Shown here: positions 54,667 through 64,000 of the stretch, one piece after another
Layout of the letters: every line of letters starts with the position of its first letter
Numbering within the stretch: the first letter of the stretch is position 1
Assembly (NCBI GenBank): GCA_045602145.1
Contig: JAZSAY010000046.1
Coordinates: forward strand, 20,329 to 84,328
Source of the DNA: Tidjanibacter sp.
Lineage (GTDB): Bacteria > Bacteroidota > Bacteroidia > Bacteroidales > Rikenellaceae
Length of the DNA stretch: 64,000 bases
Direction: 5' to 3'
Notes under the pieces: generated by a model
What the model saw: only the letters and a program-made list of their open reading frames with translations
Databases searched by the model: none
What the model was told of the DNA's origin: nothing
Position numbers and translations under genes: made by a program

Positions 54667-56092
54667 ACTCGGTTGGACACGAATAGATTGGAAGACCATC
54701 TTGGTCTTTGTTCTGCTGGTCTTTATTGGCTGGCTCAACATCTATGCTGCGGTCTATAACGAGGCTCTCTCGGGCGGCTTCGACCTCTCGTCAAGATATG
54801 GTATGCAACTCATCTGGATAGGTATCTCGGCAGTGGTGGCGATGGTCATACTGCTCATAGACGACATATACTATCATCTGCTGGCATACCCCTTCTATGG
54901 GCTTATGATGGTGGTGCTGGTGCTGACACTCTTTGTGGGTAAGGAGGTCAATGGTGCCAAGTCGTGGCTCGCCCTCGGACCCATTGCGGTGCAGCCCGCA
55001 GAGTTCATGAAACTCGCCACAGCTTTGGCATTGGCAAGAGTTATGAGCGAATATAACTTCTCGCTCTCGCGCCCCAAAGACCTCGTGACGGTGGCTTTGC
55101 TGCTGCTTGTGCCCATAGGGGTTATCCTCTTGCAGAACGATATGGGCTCGGCGCTTGTCTACTGCTCGTTCCTTGTGGTGCTCTACCGTGAGGGACTCAA
55201 CCCCTGGGTTTACTACGCGCTGTTTCTTGTTGTGGGACTCTTTGTGGGCTCATTCCTGCTCTCGGATGTGGCGCTGCTGCTGATACTGATAGTACTCTTC
55301 GTAGTGAGCCAGCTGCCCTCGAATAAAAATCCGCGCGAGAGTGTGGTGTGGGTGGCTGCTGTGGGCTTGCTAAGCCTTGTAATATATGGCTTGTCGTGGA
55401 TGGCGGGCTGGGGCGTGGACTACCACCACTCGTTGCTCTACGCCACGCTTGCGCTACTGCTGCCGGCACTGCTCTACGCCTACCGCCATAAACTCTCGAC
55501 CATCTACCTATTTGCCATAATGTTTGTGGGCTCGCTTGCCTTCTTGGGCGCTGTGGACTACGTCTTCAATGATGTGCTGCAACTCCACCAACAAAAACGC
55601 ATCCTCGACCTGCTGGGCTTGGAGAGCGACCTGAGGGGCTGGGGCTATAATGTCCACCAATCGAAGATTGCTATCGGCTCGGGAGGCTTCTTTGGCAAAG
55701 GCTTCTTGGAGGGTACGCAGACCAAATACGACTTCATACCCGAGCAGAGTACCGACTTCATCTTCTGCACCGTGGGCGAGGAGTGGGGCTTTGTCGGCTC
55801 GATTGTTGTGCTGGCGCTCTTTGCGACACTCATTGTGAGGCTTATGAAGATGGGCGAAAGACAGCAGGAGCCTTTCCGCAGAGTATATTGCTACGGCGTG
55901 GCAGGCATCTTCCTTTTCCACGTGATTATTAACATAGGTATGACCATCGGTCTGATGCCTGTGATTGGCATTCCGCTGCCGATGTTCTCCTATGGTGGCT
56001 CGTCGCTGCTGGCGTTCACGGTACTGTTTTTCATCGCCGTAAGGCTCGATTCGCAAAACAGCACAATATCTACGACTTATAAGCCATATTAA
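54647..56092 (+). CDS. rodA: Rod shape-determining protein RodA (SEDS)
   Basis: GAKSW, QPAEFMK, QSKIAIGSGG, PEQSTDFIF, GIPLP.FSYGGSS. Confidence 0.95.
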   Translation: MRSANDKLGWTRIDWKTILVFVLLVFIGWLNIYAAVYNEALSGGFDLSSRYGMQLIWIGISAVVAMVILLIDDIYYHLLAYPFYGLMMVVLVLTLFVGKEVNGAKSWLALGPIAVQPAEFMKLATALALARVMSEYNFSLSRPKDLVTVALLLLVPIGVILLQNDMGSALVYCSFLVVLYREGLNPWVYYALFLVVGLFVGSFLLSDVALLLILIVLFVVSQLPSNKNPRESVVWVAAVGLLSLVIYGLSWMAGWGVDYHHSLLYATLALLLPALLYAYRHKLSTIYLFAIMFVGSLAFLGAVDYVFNDVLQLHQQKRILDLLGLESDLRGWGYNVHQSKIAIGSGGFFGKGFLEGTQTKYDFIPEQSTDFIFCTVGEEWGFVGSIVVLALFATLIVRLMKMGERQQEPFRRVYCYGVAGIFLFHVIINIGMTIGLMPVIGIPLPMFSYGGSSLLAFTVLFFIAVRLDSQNSTISTTYKPY

Positions 56093-56174
56093 AGCATAAA
56101 TAGAACAGCGCAAACGTTAGAAACAAAAAAAGACATACACTACCTTTGTGTAGCAAAAAACAACATAGAAAACG

Positions 56175-57131
56175 ATGATTTATATTCTCTACATCTTGGT
56201 GTCGGTGGCAGTGGTGCTGCTCTCGGTGAAGGCTTCGAATTATATCGATCAGATAGACCAAAAGACCTCCATCTCGGGGGCTTTTTTGGGCGGTGTTCTG
56301 CTCTCGGCAGTGACCTCGCTACCCGAACTCTTTACGAGCATTTCGGCAACATTGCTGCTCAACAAACCCAGCCTCTGCCTTGGTAACATTCTGGGGAGCA
56401 ACATCTTCAATCTGGTGGTGCTGGCAGTGATGTTCATCCTCTTTGTGGGCAGCAGCCACTCGGCAAGGCTCGCAAAGGGACACAAGATGGTCATCGCCTA
56501 CTGCCTTACGACCTATGCAGTGCTGGCACTGAATATGTTTCTGCCCGAGGTCTTCGACTTCCACGCACTCACGCTGAGCGTTACCTCTATTGCCATCGTT
56601 GTTTTCTACACTCTGGGCGTGAAGTACCTCTCGGCAGAGGATAGTACGGAGAGTGCAGGACAGAAAGCAGAGGAGTCCTCGCTCACACTGAGGGGCATTG
56701 TTGTGCGCTTTGTACTGTGTAGTGTGGGACTCGTGGGATTGAGCATTTGGTTAACATACCTTTCTGATGACATCGCCACCTTGCTCGGTATGGGTGCAGG
56801 TCTTGCGGGGGCTCTCTTCTTAGGCGTTGCCACCTCGCTGCCCGAGCTGTCGAGTACCGTTACGCTCTTCCGCCTGAGGAACTACAACATCGCCGTTGGT
56901 AACATTGTGGGCAGCTGCCTGTTCAATATGATTATTCTTGCGGTTGCCGACCTTTTGTGGTTTGGTGGCTCCATCTACGACTTCTCGGACGGCAACATCG
57001 GACAGATGCTCGCCTTTGGTGCTGTGGCAATGGTCGCCACAATGCTCTCGCTGGAAACCAAGACAAAGACGGGCAAAATCGCCACCTCGCTGGTAGTTGT
57101 GGCGTGCTACGTGGCATTCCTCGTGCTGTAA
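56175..57131 (+). CDS. Cation:Ca2+ antiporter family (YrbG-like)
   Basis: Two alpha repeats TSLPEL...GNI(L/V)GS. Confidence 0.88.
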   Translation: MIYILYILVSVAVVLLSVKASNYIDQIDQKTSISGAFLGGVLLSAVTSLPELFTSISATLLLNKPSLCLGNILGSNIFNLVVLAVMFILFVGSSHSARLAKGHKMVIAYCLTTYAVLALNMFLPEVFDFHALTLSVTSIAIVVFYTLGVKYLSAEDSTESAGQKAEESSLTLRGIVVRFVLCSVGLVGLSIWLTYLSDDIATLLGMGAGLAGALFLGVATSLPELSSTVTLFRLRNYNIAVGNIVGSCLFNMIILAVADLLWFGGSIYDFSDGNIGQMLAFGAVAMVATMLSLETKTKTGKIATSLVVVACYVAFLVL

Positions 57132-57178
57132 GCAACCGCCCGCAGCGTGGTGGGTTGCTTAGTGCCCACATTAATACA

Positions 57179-57208
57179 TAAGACCCCGCCTTTTGAGGCG
57201 GGGTCTTA
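57179..57208. terminator. Bidirectional terminator between convergent genes
   Basis: TAAGACCCCGCCT-TTTG-AGGCGGGGTCTTA. Confidence 0.8.
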
Positions 57209-57232
57209 GTCTTATGGTTATCGCTACAAGGT

Positions 57233-57529
57233 CTATTTTGCAAATTTATCTTTGTGCTTTTCGAGCTGTTTTTTGATTGCGTCAATTGCGCCATCCACCG
57301 ACTCTTCAAACGATTTGCTCTGGTGCTCAGCGATGATAGTGTCGGTAGGAACTTCAATCTTGATGGTTGCAACCTTGTTACCCTGCTCGGGGTCTTTGTC
57401 GATTTTGAGGATAACCTCTGCCGAAATGGCACGCTCCACAAAGCGGTCGAGTTTCGCCATCTTGTTCTCGATGAATTCGATGAGTTTCTTGTCTGCATCG
57501 AACTTGACGGATTGAATCTTTACGTTCAT
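57233..57529 (-). CDS. raiA: Ribosome hibernation factor (RaiA/HPF)
   Basis: MNVKIQSVKFDAD.KL..FI..K..KL; SKSFEESVD; downstream of xer. Confidence 0.9.
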   Translation of the reverse strand: MNVKIQSVKFDADKKLIEFIENKMAKLDRFVERAISAEVILKIDKDPEQGNKVATIKIEVPTDTIIAEHQSKSFEESVDGAIDAIKKQLEKHKDKFAK

Positions 57530-57620
57530 ACCAAGTCCTCCTTACTTTTAGTGTGTATATAAATTACCTTCTCCACGGAAGGCTACGTTTTGCAAATTCC
57601 ATTCCAGCCCAAGAGCACCT

Positions 57621-58577
57621 CTACTTGGTCGTCTTCGCTCCGCGCGGGTGGGCACTCTGGTAGACAGAGCTCAGGCGCGAGAGGTTGTTGTGGGTGTAGA
57701 CCTGCGTGGTTTGCAGCGAAGAGTGACCCAGCAACTCCTGTATCTCCCTTATGTCAGCACCCCTTTCGAGTAGTAACGTTGCGAAAGTGTGGCGTAGTAC
57801 GTGGGGGCTGTGTTTTCCCTCTATGCCCCACTCGCCAAGCACTTTCTGCACCGCACGCTCTATCTGGTAGCGGCTCATAGGTTCTCCTTCCGATGTTAAA
57901 AATAGTGATTTTTGGCTGTAATTGCAAATTTTGTCGCTACTAAATTTCAAAAAATCTTTCAGCGTCGAGCGTAAAGGGCTCACAATGGGTACTATGCGCT
58001 CTTTCTGTCCCTTGCCGACCACTCGCACCTCCTGCATATCGAAAGAGAAGCTGTCGAGTGTAAGGCTCGTAACCTCCGAGAGTCGCAAGCCCGTACAGTA
58101 GAAGAGCAGCACCAATAGCGCATTGCGCCTTACCTCATAGTCGTCGCTCACACCACGGGCAAGGAGCTCCTCCAAGAGCCCCATCATCCTCTCCTCGGGA
58201 ATGTAGGTCGGGAGGGTCGACGGAGTCTTCATACGCCCCACATCCGGCATCGGATTTTTGGCTATCTTGTCGGCAAAGCGGAGCCACGCATAAAACGACC
58301 TTACGGAGGCTATCTTTGTGTTGATGGACGATGATTTGTAGGTAGCCTCTTCCATACACCTCTTGCCCTTGCAGACCTTGCGTTTTTGGTCGGAAAGCTC
58401 AGACATCCAACCTCTTAGGTCGGAGGCGGTGGCTATTTCGGGGCGGAAGGTTTCGGGCGTGTGACCACAAAAGGCAATAAACTCCTCGCAATCGCGCATA
58501 TAGTTGGCGATTGTGCCCTGCGAGAGGCGTTTTTCAGCCCTCAGGTAGTCCTCGAAGAGTGAGAGTAGGTTTGCCAT
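57621..58577 (-). CDS. XerC/D-type tyrosine recombinase
   Basis: TGLRLSE, GKGQKER, HVLRHTFAT, LLGHSSLQTTQVYTH; housekeeping xer-raiA context. Confidence 0.9.
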   Translation of the reverse strand: MANLLSLFEDYLRAEKRLSQGTIANYMRDCEEFIAFCGHTPETFRPEIATASDLRGWMSELSDQKRKVCKGKRCMEEATYKSSSINTKIASVRSFYAWLRFADKIAKNPMPDVGRMKTPSTLPTYIPEERMMGLLEELLARGVSDDYEVRRNALLVLLFYCTGLRLSEVTSLTLDSFSFDMQEVRVVGKGQKERIVPIVSPLRSTLKDFLKFSSDKICNYSQKSLFLTSEGEPMSRYQIERAVQKVLGEWGIEGKHSPHVLRHTFATLLLERGADIREIQELLGHSSLQTTQVYTHNNLSRLSSVYQSAHPRGAKTTK

Positions 58578-58745
58578 TGTCGGAGGAGTTGTGTGGTTAC
58601 TGCTCTTCAAAGGTATAAAAAAACCTCCAACAAGCATAGCCCTCGGGGCTAAAAAAGTTCCTCAAAGAGGAAAAGAGGGGCAAAAAAATAATATATTTTT
58701 TCGTTAGTCGTTAAAAATGTATAACTTTGCACGCTAAATACCCTC

Positions 58746-58801
58746 ACCCTGCCCGCAAGGGTCGTCGACGGCACACGGAGCAGCGAGATGGCAGGGTTTT
58801 T
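58746..58801 (+). other. Structured leader or small-RNA candidate upstream of bamD
   Basis: Follows -7 box TAACTTTG (58721-58728); stem ACCCTGCC/GGCAGGGT plus T-run; internal TCGT/GCGA stem next to AGCAG. Confidence 0.35.
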
Positions 58802-58818
58802 GGCATTTGGAAGATAGT

Positions 58819-59682
58819 ATGAACGTTAGAGAGATTATAAAGTGGGCGCTCGTCGCCGTTGCAGTCGGAATCGTTGGTTGCAGTCCCTTCAACAAACTGC
58901 TCAAAATCAACGACTCGGAGCAGATGTATCACGCTGCAATCAAATACTATGAAGAGGGCGACTTCCAGCACGCAATGCAACTCTTCGAGGAGCTGGCACC
59001 GCGCTACGCCTCGACAATGAGGGCAGATACGATTATGTACTACACCGGTTGCTGCTTCTACAAGCAGGGTGACTTCCAGACCAGCGGCACCATCTTCGAC
59101 GAGTACCGTCGCACCTATGGTCGCAGTCCCCTGTTGGAGGATGTGGAGTATATGCACGCTATGGGCTTCTACTTCTCCTCGCCCCAGCCCTCGCGCGACC
59201 AGACAACAACCCTGCAAGCCATAAGGGCTATCGGAGAGTATATGGAGCGCTACCCCGCATCGCCCAAGATGGGTGTGTGCGAGATGAGGCTCAAAGAGCT
59301 CCAAGCAAAGCTCTACGAAAAATCGTTCATTAACGCCCGCACATACTACAAGACCGGGCGATACAAGGCTGCAATCATCGCCTTCGAGAACGCTCTGGCG
59401 GAGTATCCCGACACCCCCTATCGCGAAGAGATACTCTTCCTTACGCTCGATTCGAGCTATCGTTTGGCAGAGAACTCCATATCGTCGTTGCAGGTAGATA
59501 GGTATCTCGACGCTATGGACGCATACTACAACTTCATCTCGGAGTTCCCCGAGTCGAAGCACGCCAAGGCTGCCGAGCGTATGCAGCGAGCCTCCAAGAG
59601 ATTCTTGGCGAAGCACAACGCCGACACAGAGGCAGCCCCCAATGCCGAGGGCACAGAGGATAACACTCAGACGACAAAATAA
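58819..59682 (+). CDS. bamD: Outer membrane protein assembly factor BamD
   Basis: Lipobox IVGC; TPRs; RDQTTT, YP.S, YPDTPYREE; bamD-rpoZ synteny. Confidence 0.9.
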   Translation: MNVREIIKWALVAVAVGIVGCSPFNKLLKINDSEQMYHAAIKYYEEGDFQHAMQLFEELAPRYASTMRADTIMYYTGCCFYKQGDFQTSGTIFDEYRRTYGRSPLLEDVEYMHAMGFYFSSPQPSRDQTTTLQAIRAIGEYMERYPASPKMGVCEMRLKELQAKLYEKSFINARTYYKTGRYKAAIIAFENALAEYPDTPYREEILFLTLDSSYRLAENSISSLQVDRYLDAMDAYYNFISEFPESKHAKAAERMQRASKRFLAKHNADTEAAPNAEGTEDNTQTTK

Positions 59683-59712
59683 AAAACAATATAGAAACAC
59701 AGGAGGATAGAT

Positions 59713-60021
59713 ATGGAAATCAAAAAGAATGTTCCCAACAACACCGTAACTCGCAAACTCACCGACATCGACGCCCCCACAGGCAACGTCTATGAGTCGG
59801 TAACCATCATTGCAAAGCGAGCTAACCAGATTTCGACCGAACTCAAACAGGAACTCAACCGCAAACTCTCGGACTTCTCGTCGTCGACCGACTCGCTCGA
59901 AGAGACCTTCGAGAACCGCGAGCAGATTGAGATTTCGAAATACTACGAGCGTATTCCTAAGCCCACACTTATCGCTACCGAGGAGTTCTTGGCAGGCGAA
60001 GTGGCTTTCAAGGAGAAATAG
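59713..60021 (+). CDS. rpoZ: RNA polymerase omega subunit (Bacteroidetes type)
   Basis: TGNVYESV.IIAKRANQI...FENREQIEISKYYER.PKP. Confidence 0.92.
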   Translation: MEIKKNVPNNTVTRKLTDIDAPTGNVYESVTIIAKRANQISTELKQELNRKLSDFSSSTDSLEETFENREQIEISKYYERIPKPTLIATEEFLAGEVAFKEK

Positions 60022-60169
60022 AGTCTTCTTCGGCGCGACATTCGACTCCGAACGATAAGAGAAAGACAATAGGGCGGGTTGGGAGAGTTGGACCTTTCCT
60101 GCCCGCTCGATTGATAGAATGGAGCACATCAGATAGAACAAAACCCACCTACCCCACCCACGAGAAACA

Positions 60170-61819
60170 ATGCTACAACACCTCACAGTTGAAAACTATG
60201 CACTCATAGAGCGTTTGGATATGACGCTCTCGCCCCGCTTGAACATCATCACGGGCGAGACGGGTGCGGGCAAGAGTATCCTGATGGGTGCTCTGGGCTT
60301 GGTGCTGGGCGAAAGGGCAGATGTGGCGACGCTCAAAGAGAGCGGCAAGGGCTGCGTGGTGGAGGCTACGTTCAACATCTCGGAGTACCACTTGGAGGAG
60401 TTCTTCGAGTCTAACGACCTCGAATACGACAGCGAGACCGTCATCCGTAGGGTCATAACTCCTGCGGGCAAGTCGAGGGCTTACGTCAACGACCTTCCCG
60501 TTCCGCTCACAACGCTCCGCGAACTCTCTACAAGGCTCATAGATATCCACTCGCAACACAGTTCGCTGATGCTCTCGGAGGAGGGTTTCAGGATGGCGAT
60601 AGTAGACGCTATGGCAGCCAACTATACCATAAGAGAGGAGTATACCACCCACTACCGCACACTGCTTGCCACTCAGAGAGAACTCTCCAAGGCGGAGGCT
60701 GAGTTGGAGGCGGCACTGAGAGATAAGGAGTATGTGGAGTACCAATATAACCAACTCTCTGCTCTGCACCTGCGTGCGGGCGAGTTGGAGGAGTTGGAGC
60801 AGGAGCAACGCCTGCTGGACAATGTGGAGCGCATTTTGGAGGCTCTGGGCGAGGGCGGAGTGATGCTCGATGAGGAGGAGTTGGGTGTGCTGGCAAGGCT
60901 CAAACGCATAGAGGGTTCCTTTGCCCGCATCAAGGATGTATATGCCCCTGCCGAGGAGATTGCCGAGCGTGTGAGGGGTGCGCTGGTGGAACTGAAAGAT
61001 ATATCGGCACTGCTTGCCGAGGGCAGGGAGAGGGTCGATGGCAATCCAGAGAGGGCTGCCGAGGTGGTGGATAGGATTGACGCTATCTACACGCTGATGC
61101 GCAAACACGCCGTGCAGAGCGTGGAGGAACTGTTGGAGATTGAGAAGCAATATAGGGCAAAACTCAACGTCATTGTCGATGGCGATGCGGAGTTGGAGCG
61201 CCTCAGAGGCGAGGTTGCCGCACAGCGACAGATGTGTGCAGAGTGCGCTGCAAGGCTCACCCAGAGCCGCCAGGAAGCCGCCCAAAGGCTCGCCGAGCAG
61301 ACCGAGGCTATGCTCGCAAGACTCGGTATGGAGCAGAGTCGCTTTGTGTGCGACATTGAGCCACTTGCCGACTTTGCACCCTCGGGTGCAGATAGCGTGG
61401 TGTTCCGCTTCTCGTCGACTCCCAAGTTCCAGCCTCAACCAATCGAGAAGGTCGCCTCGGGTGGCGAGATTTCGAGGGTTATGCTCTGCTTGAAGGCTCT
61501 GGTGGCAGACAAAACGCAGATGCCTACCCTCGTATTCGACGAGATTGATACGGGCATCTCGGGCAGGGTGGCAGATGTTACGGGCGAAATTATTGCCGAA
61601 CTCTCGGCAGGTCGCCAGGTAATCAACATCACCCACCTACCACAGGTGGCATCTAAGGGCGACACCCACTTCCGCGTCTACAAGTCGGAGGGCACAACTC
61701 AGATTAAGCACCTCAGCGCCGAGGAGCGCGTGGGCGAGATTGCCGCAATGCTCTCGGGCTCTAACATCACCGACGCCGCCATTGCGCAAGCCAAAGCCCT
61801 CATCGGCAAAAACTCATAG
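60170..61819 (+). CDS. recN: DNA repair protein RecN
   Basis: TGETGAGKS, DIHSQH, ASGGEISR, FDEIDTG, ITHLPQVA. Confidence 0.97.
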   Translation: MLQHLTVENYALIERLDMTLSPRLNIITGETGAGKSILMGALGLVLGERADVATLKESGKGCVVEATFNISEYHLEEFFESNDLEYDSETVIRRVITPAGKSRAYVNDLPVPLTTLRELSTRLIDIHSQHSSLMLSEEGFRMAIVDAMAANYTIREEYTTHYRTLLATQRELSKAEAELEAALRDKEYVEYQYNQLSALHLRAGELEELEQEQRLLDNVERILEALGEGGVMLDEEELGVLARLKRIEGSFARIKDVYAPAEEIAERVRGALVELKDISALLAEGRERVDGNPERAAEVVDRIDAIYTLMRKHAVQSVEELLEIEKQYRAKLNVIVDGDAELERLRGEVAAQRQMCAECAARLTQSRQEAAQRLAEQTEAMLARLGMEQSRFVCDIEPLADFAPSGADSVVFRFSSTPKFQPQPIEKVASGGEISRVMLCLKALVADKTQMPTLVFDEIDTGISGRVADVTGEIIAELSAGRQVINITHLPQVASKGDTHFRVYKSEGTTQIKHLSAEERVGEIAAMLSGSNITDAAIAQAKALIGKNS

Positions 61820-61844
61820 AGTACCTTTATTATACATATCATAT

Positions 61845-61888
61845 AAACCGAGCAACGACAGCCTTTCGGGGCTGTCGTTGCTCGGTTT
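61845..61888. terminator. Bidirectional terminator
   Basis: AAACCGAGCAACGACAGCC-TTTCGG-GGCTGTCGTTGCTCGGTTT. Confidence 0.85.
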
Positions 61889-61903
61889 GTACGGCTACCT
61901 ACT

Positions 61904-64000
61904 CTATCGGATGTTGTAGCCCAGGTGTGCAGTCTGGGTGCAGGTAAGGCGCTCAGTGAGGTTGCCGCACTGAACAGTGAATGTGCCCTCCTCCAAGTGC
62001 CACTTGCCGTCATTGGCAGCCATAGCCAGCTCCTCGGCTTGCAGCTCGAACTCGACGGTTGCCGTCTTGCCCGCGCCAATCTCCACCTTCTGGAAGTCGC
62101 GCAGGCGGCGTGCATCGGGCACCACAGAGGCCACATCGTCGTTGATAAAGAGCAGGACACTCTCTTTGCCGTCGCGCTCGCCTACATTCTTGACATCTAC
62201 TGCAATGCGAATCTTCTCGCCCGCCTTGAACTCCTTTCCCTCGACCACACGGAGGTTGCTATACTCAAACTCGGTGTAAGAAAGACCATAGCCAAACGCC
62301 CACTGTACCGACACCACTGCATTGTAGTCATAGGCACCCTGCATAGTGCCTACGCTCTCCGACACCTTATGGTCGTAGGTGGTCATAGCGTTGGAGTATT
62401 TCTGGTACGTATAGGGCAGTTTACCCGAAGGATTGACCTTGCCATAGAGAATGTCGGCAAGAGCTCGTGCGCCCTCCGTACCGGGGAGGTAGGTGTGGAG
62501 CACAGCTGCTGTGGAGTCCACAAACGACGAGATGATGCGACCTCGACCCTCGTTGAGAACAAGCACTACGGGTTTTCCGGTAGCAATGAGGGCCTTGGCG
62601 AGCTGCTGTTGGTTCTCCGAGAGAGCCATCTCGTTGATATTACCCGGGGTCTCGCAGTAGGAGTTCTCGCCAATGCACAGAACAACCACATCCACCTCCC
62701 CCGCAGCCTTCACAGCCGCCTGAATGTCTACATTGCACTCGCCCGCAAAGTGTCCGCTTGTGGCATACTCTACGCCCGCCACATAGCTCACCCTATCGCC
62801 ACCAATGGCACGGATAGCATCGAGGAAGGTGGTGCCGTCGGGCAGTACCTTATCTACGATATCGCCCTGCCACGAGTAGCTCCAACCGCCGCACAAAGGG
62901 CGCATACGGTCGGCATTGGGACCTGCAACCAGAATGCGGGTCTGGGGCGCAAGGGGAAGAATGGCGTTGTCGTTTTTGAGCAGGGTGATGGACTCGGAGG
63001 CGGTCTCATAGCAAGCCTCGCGAATCTCCTCGCCCTGGAACTTGGGGTAGTCTTTGAGGTAGGTATTGGGGGTGTCGAGCAAGCCAAGGCGCACCTTCAT
63101 ACGTATTACGCGGCGTGCGGCGTCATCGACCCTCTCCTCGGGCACCTTACCCTCCTTCACCAACTCCACAAGCAGAGGGCAGAAATTGACATCATAGGGA
63201 ATCATCGACATATCCACACCTGCATTCACTGCAAGGCGAATGGCGTCCTTATAGTCCACGGCAATCTTCTCGCGGGTGTAGAGGTTGGCAATATCTGCCC
63301 AATCGGTAACGACCATACCGTCCCAATTAAGACCCTCTTTTAGCCATACGGTGAGCAGCTCGTAGTCGGCGTGGGTGGGAATGCCGTTCACCGAAGCCGA
63401 ATTGACCATAATAGACAGAGCACCCGCCTCCACAGCAGCCTTGAAGGGGGCAAAGTGTTTCTCGCGCAGTTCGGCAACAGAGACATAGGCAGGCGTGCGG
63501 TCCTGACCCGAATTGGTCATACCGTATGCCATATAGTGCTTGGGGCACGAAGCGATGTGGTAGCGGTCGATGTGGTTGGGGTCCTCGCCCTGATAGCCCA
63601 AGACCATCTCGCGAGCCATCTCTGCCGTAAGGTAGGCATCCTCCGAGAAACTCTCCCACTGGCGAGGCCACGACGCCTTACGACCCAAGTCGAGCGTTGG
63701 GGAGTAGGTCCAGGGGATATTGCTGGCACGCACCTCGTAGGCAGTCATCTCTGCCATCTGACGCACCAAAGCACGGTTGAACGACGCTGCGGCATTCACC
63801 TCCTGAGGGAAAAGAGGCGACGCCCAAGTGTAGGTAGCTCCGTGGATTGCATCAATGCCATAGAGCGTTGGAAGACCTGTGTGTCTGAGCGATACGGCGT
63901 TAATCTTTGTGATAATCTCGTTCCACTCCTCGGCAGAGAGTGCCTTGCCGGGGGCATTGAGCACCGAGCCGAATTTGTACTTCTCGGCAACCTCTTCGAG
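61904..64000 (-). CDS. GH3 beta-glucosidase, 5'-truncated by the window edge
   Basis: DAIHG, ESFSED, KHY, VVTDWAD, GENSYCE, FGYGLSYT, Fn3-like C-terminus. Confidence 0.93.
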   Translation of the reverse strand, partial: LEEVAEKYKFGSVLNAPGKALSAEEWNEIITKINAVSLRHTGLPTLYGIDAIHGATYTWASPLFPQEVNAAASFNRALVRQMAEMTAYEVRASNIPWTYSPTLDLGRKASWPRQWESFSEDAYLTAEMAREMVLGYQGEDPNHIDRYHIASCPKHYMAYGMTNSGQDRTPAYVSVAELREKHFAPFKAAVEAGALSIMVNSASVNGIPTHADYELLTVWLKEGLNWDGMVVTDWADIANLYTREKIAVDYKDAIRLAVNAGVDMSMIPYDVNFCPLLVELVKEGKVPEERVDDAARRVIRMKVRLGLLDTPNTYLKDYPKFQGEEIREACYETASESITLLKNDNAILPLAPQTRILVAGPNADRMRPLCGGWSYSWQGDIVDKVLPDGTTFLDAIRAIGGDRVSYVAGVEYATSGHFAGECNVDIQAAVKAAGEVDVVVLCIGENSYCETPGNINEMALSENQQQLAKALIATGKPVVLVLNEGRGRIISSFVDSTAAVLHTYLPGTEGARALADILYGKVNPSGKLPYTYQKYSNAMTTYDHKVSESVGTMQGAYDYNAVVSVQWAFGYGLSYTEFEYSNLRVVEGKEFKAGEKIRIAVDVKNVGERDGKESVLLFINDDVASVVPDARRLRDFQKVEIGAGKTATVEFELQAEELAMAANDGKWHLEEGTFTVQCGNLTERLTCTQTAHLGYNIR

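Noticed and set aside
57621-58577. Prophage or ICE integrase
   Set aside because: Xer-like length and motifs, housekeeping raiA context, no att sites or mobile cargo.

Overview
Chromosomal window from a Bacteroidales organism. The gene set, TAnnTTTG promoter boxes and protein style suggest Rikenellaceae (Alistipes/Tidjanibacter-like). Positions 1-10.6 kb are the 3' part of a fructan/fructose utilisation locus: GH172-like, GH32, MFS porter, two tandem beta-lactamase-fold serine hydrolases, fructokinase and a BT1754-like hybrid two-component sensor. Positions 10.7-12.5 kb are an AT-rich patch of gene remnants plus a T5orf172/GIY-YIG nuclease gene next to the 3' end of tRNA-Arg(TCT). The rest is mostly core genes: ppiD-like, hemolysin/CNNM, lptC, TPR, FadL-like OMP, mfd, rne/rng, a small bS22-like gene missed by the ORF track, HU, rny, 6S RNA, zapA, rimO, ftsY, queG, acyl-CoA synthetase, efp, SUI1, PBP1A, mreD-mrdA-rodA, hpf, xer, bamD, rpoZ, recN and GH3. 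The most interesting unexplained items are: (i) a five-gene operon built around three TM2-domain proteins plus LolA-like and exported YidD-like proteins, with a terminator after the small first gene, suggesting a major-subunit-plus-accessory envelope assembly system; (ii) a dispersed, covarying hairpin repeat family that sits at the stop codons of housekeeping genes; (iii) a second long rod-shaped hairpin abutting the 6S RNA; (iv) an orphan DUF4435/TOPRIM nuclease; (v) an SRP-helix-8-like leader upstream of bamD. All family assignments come from motif recognition by eye; no searches were run.
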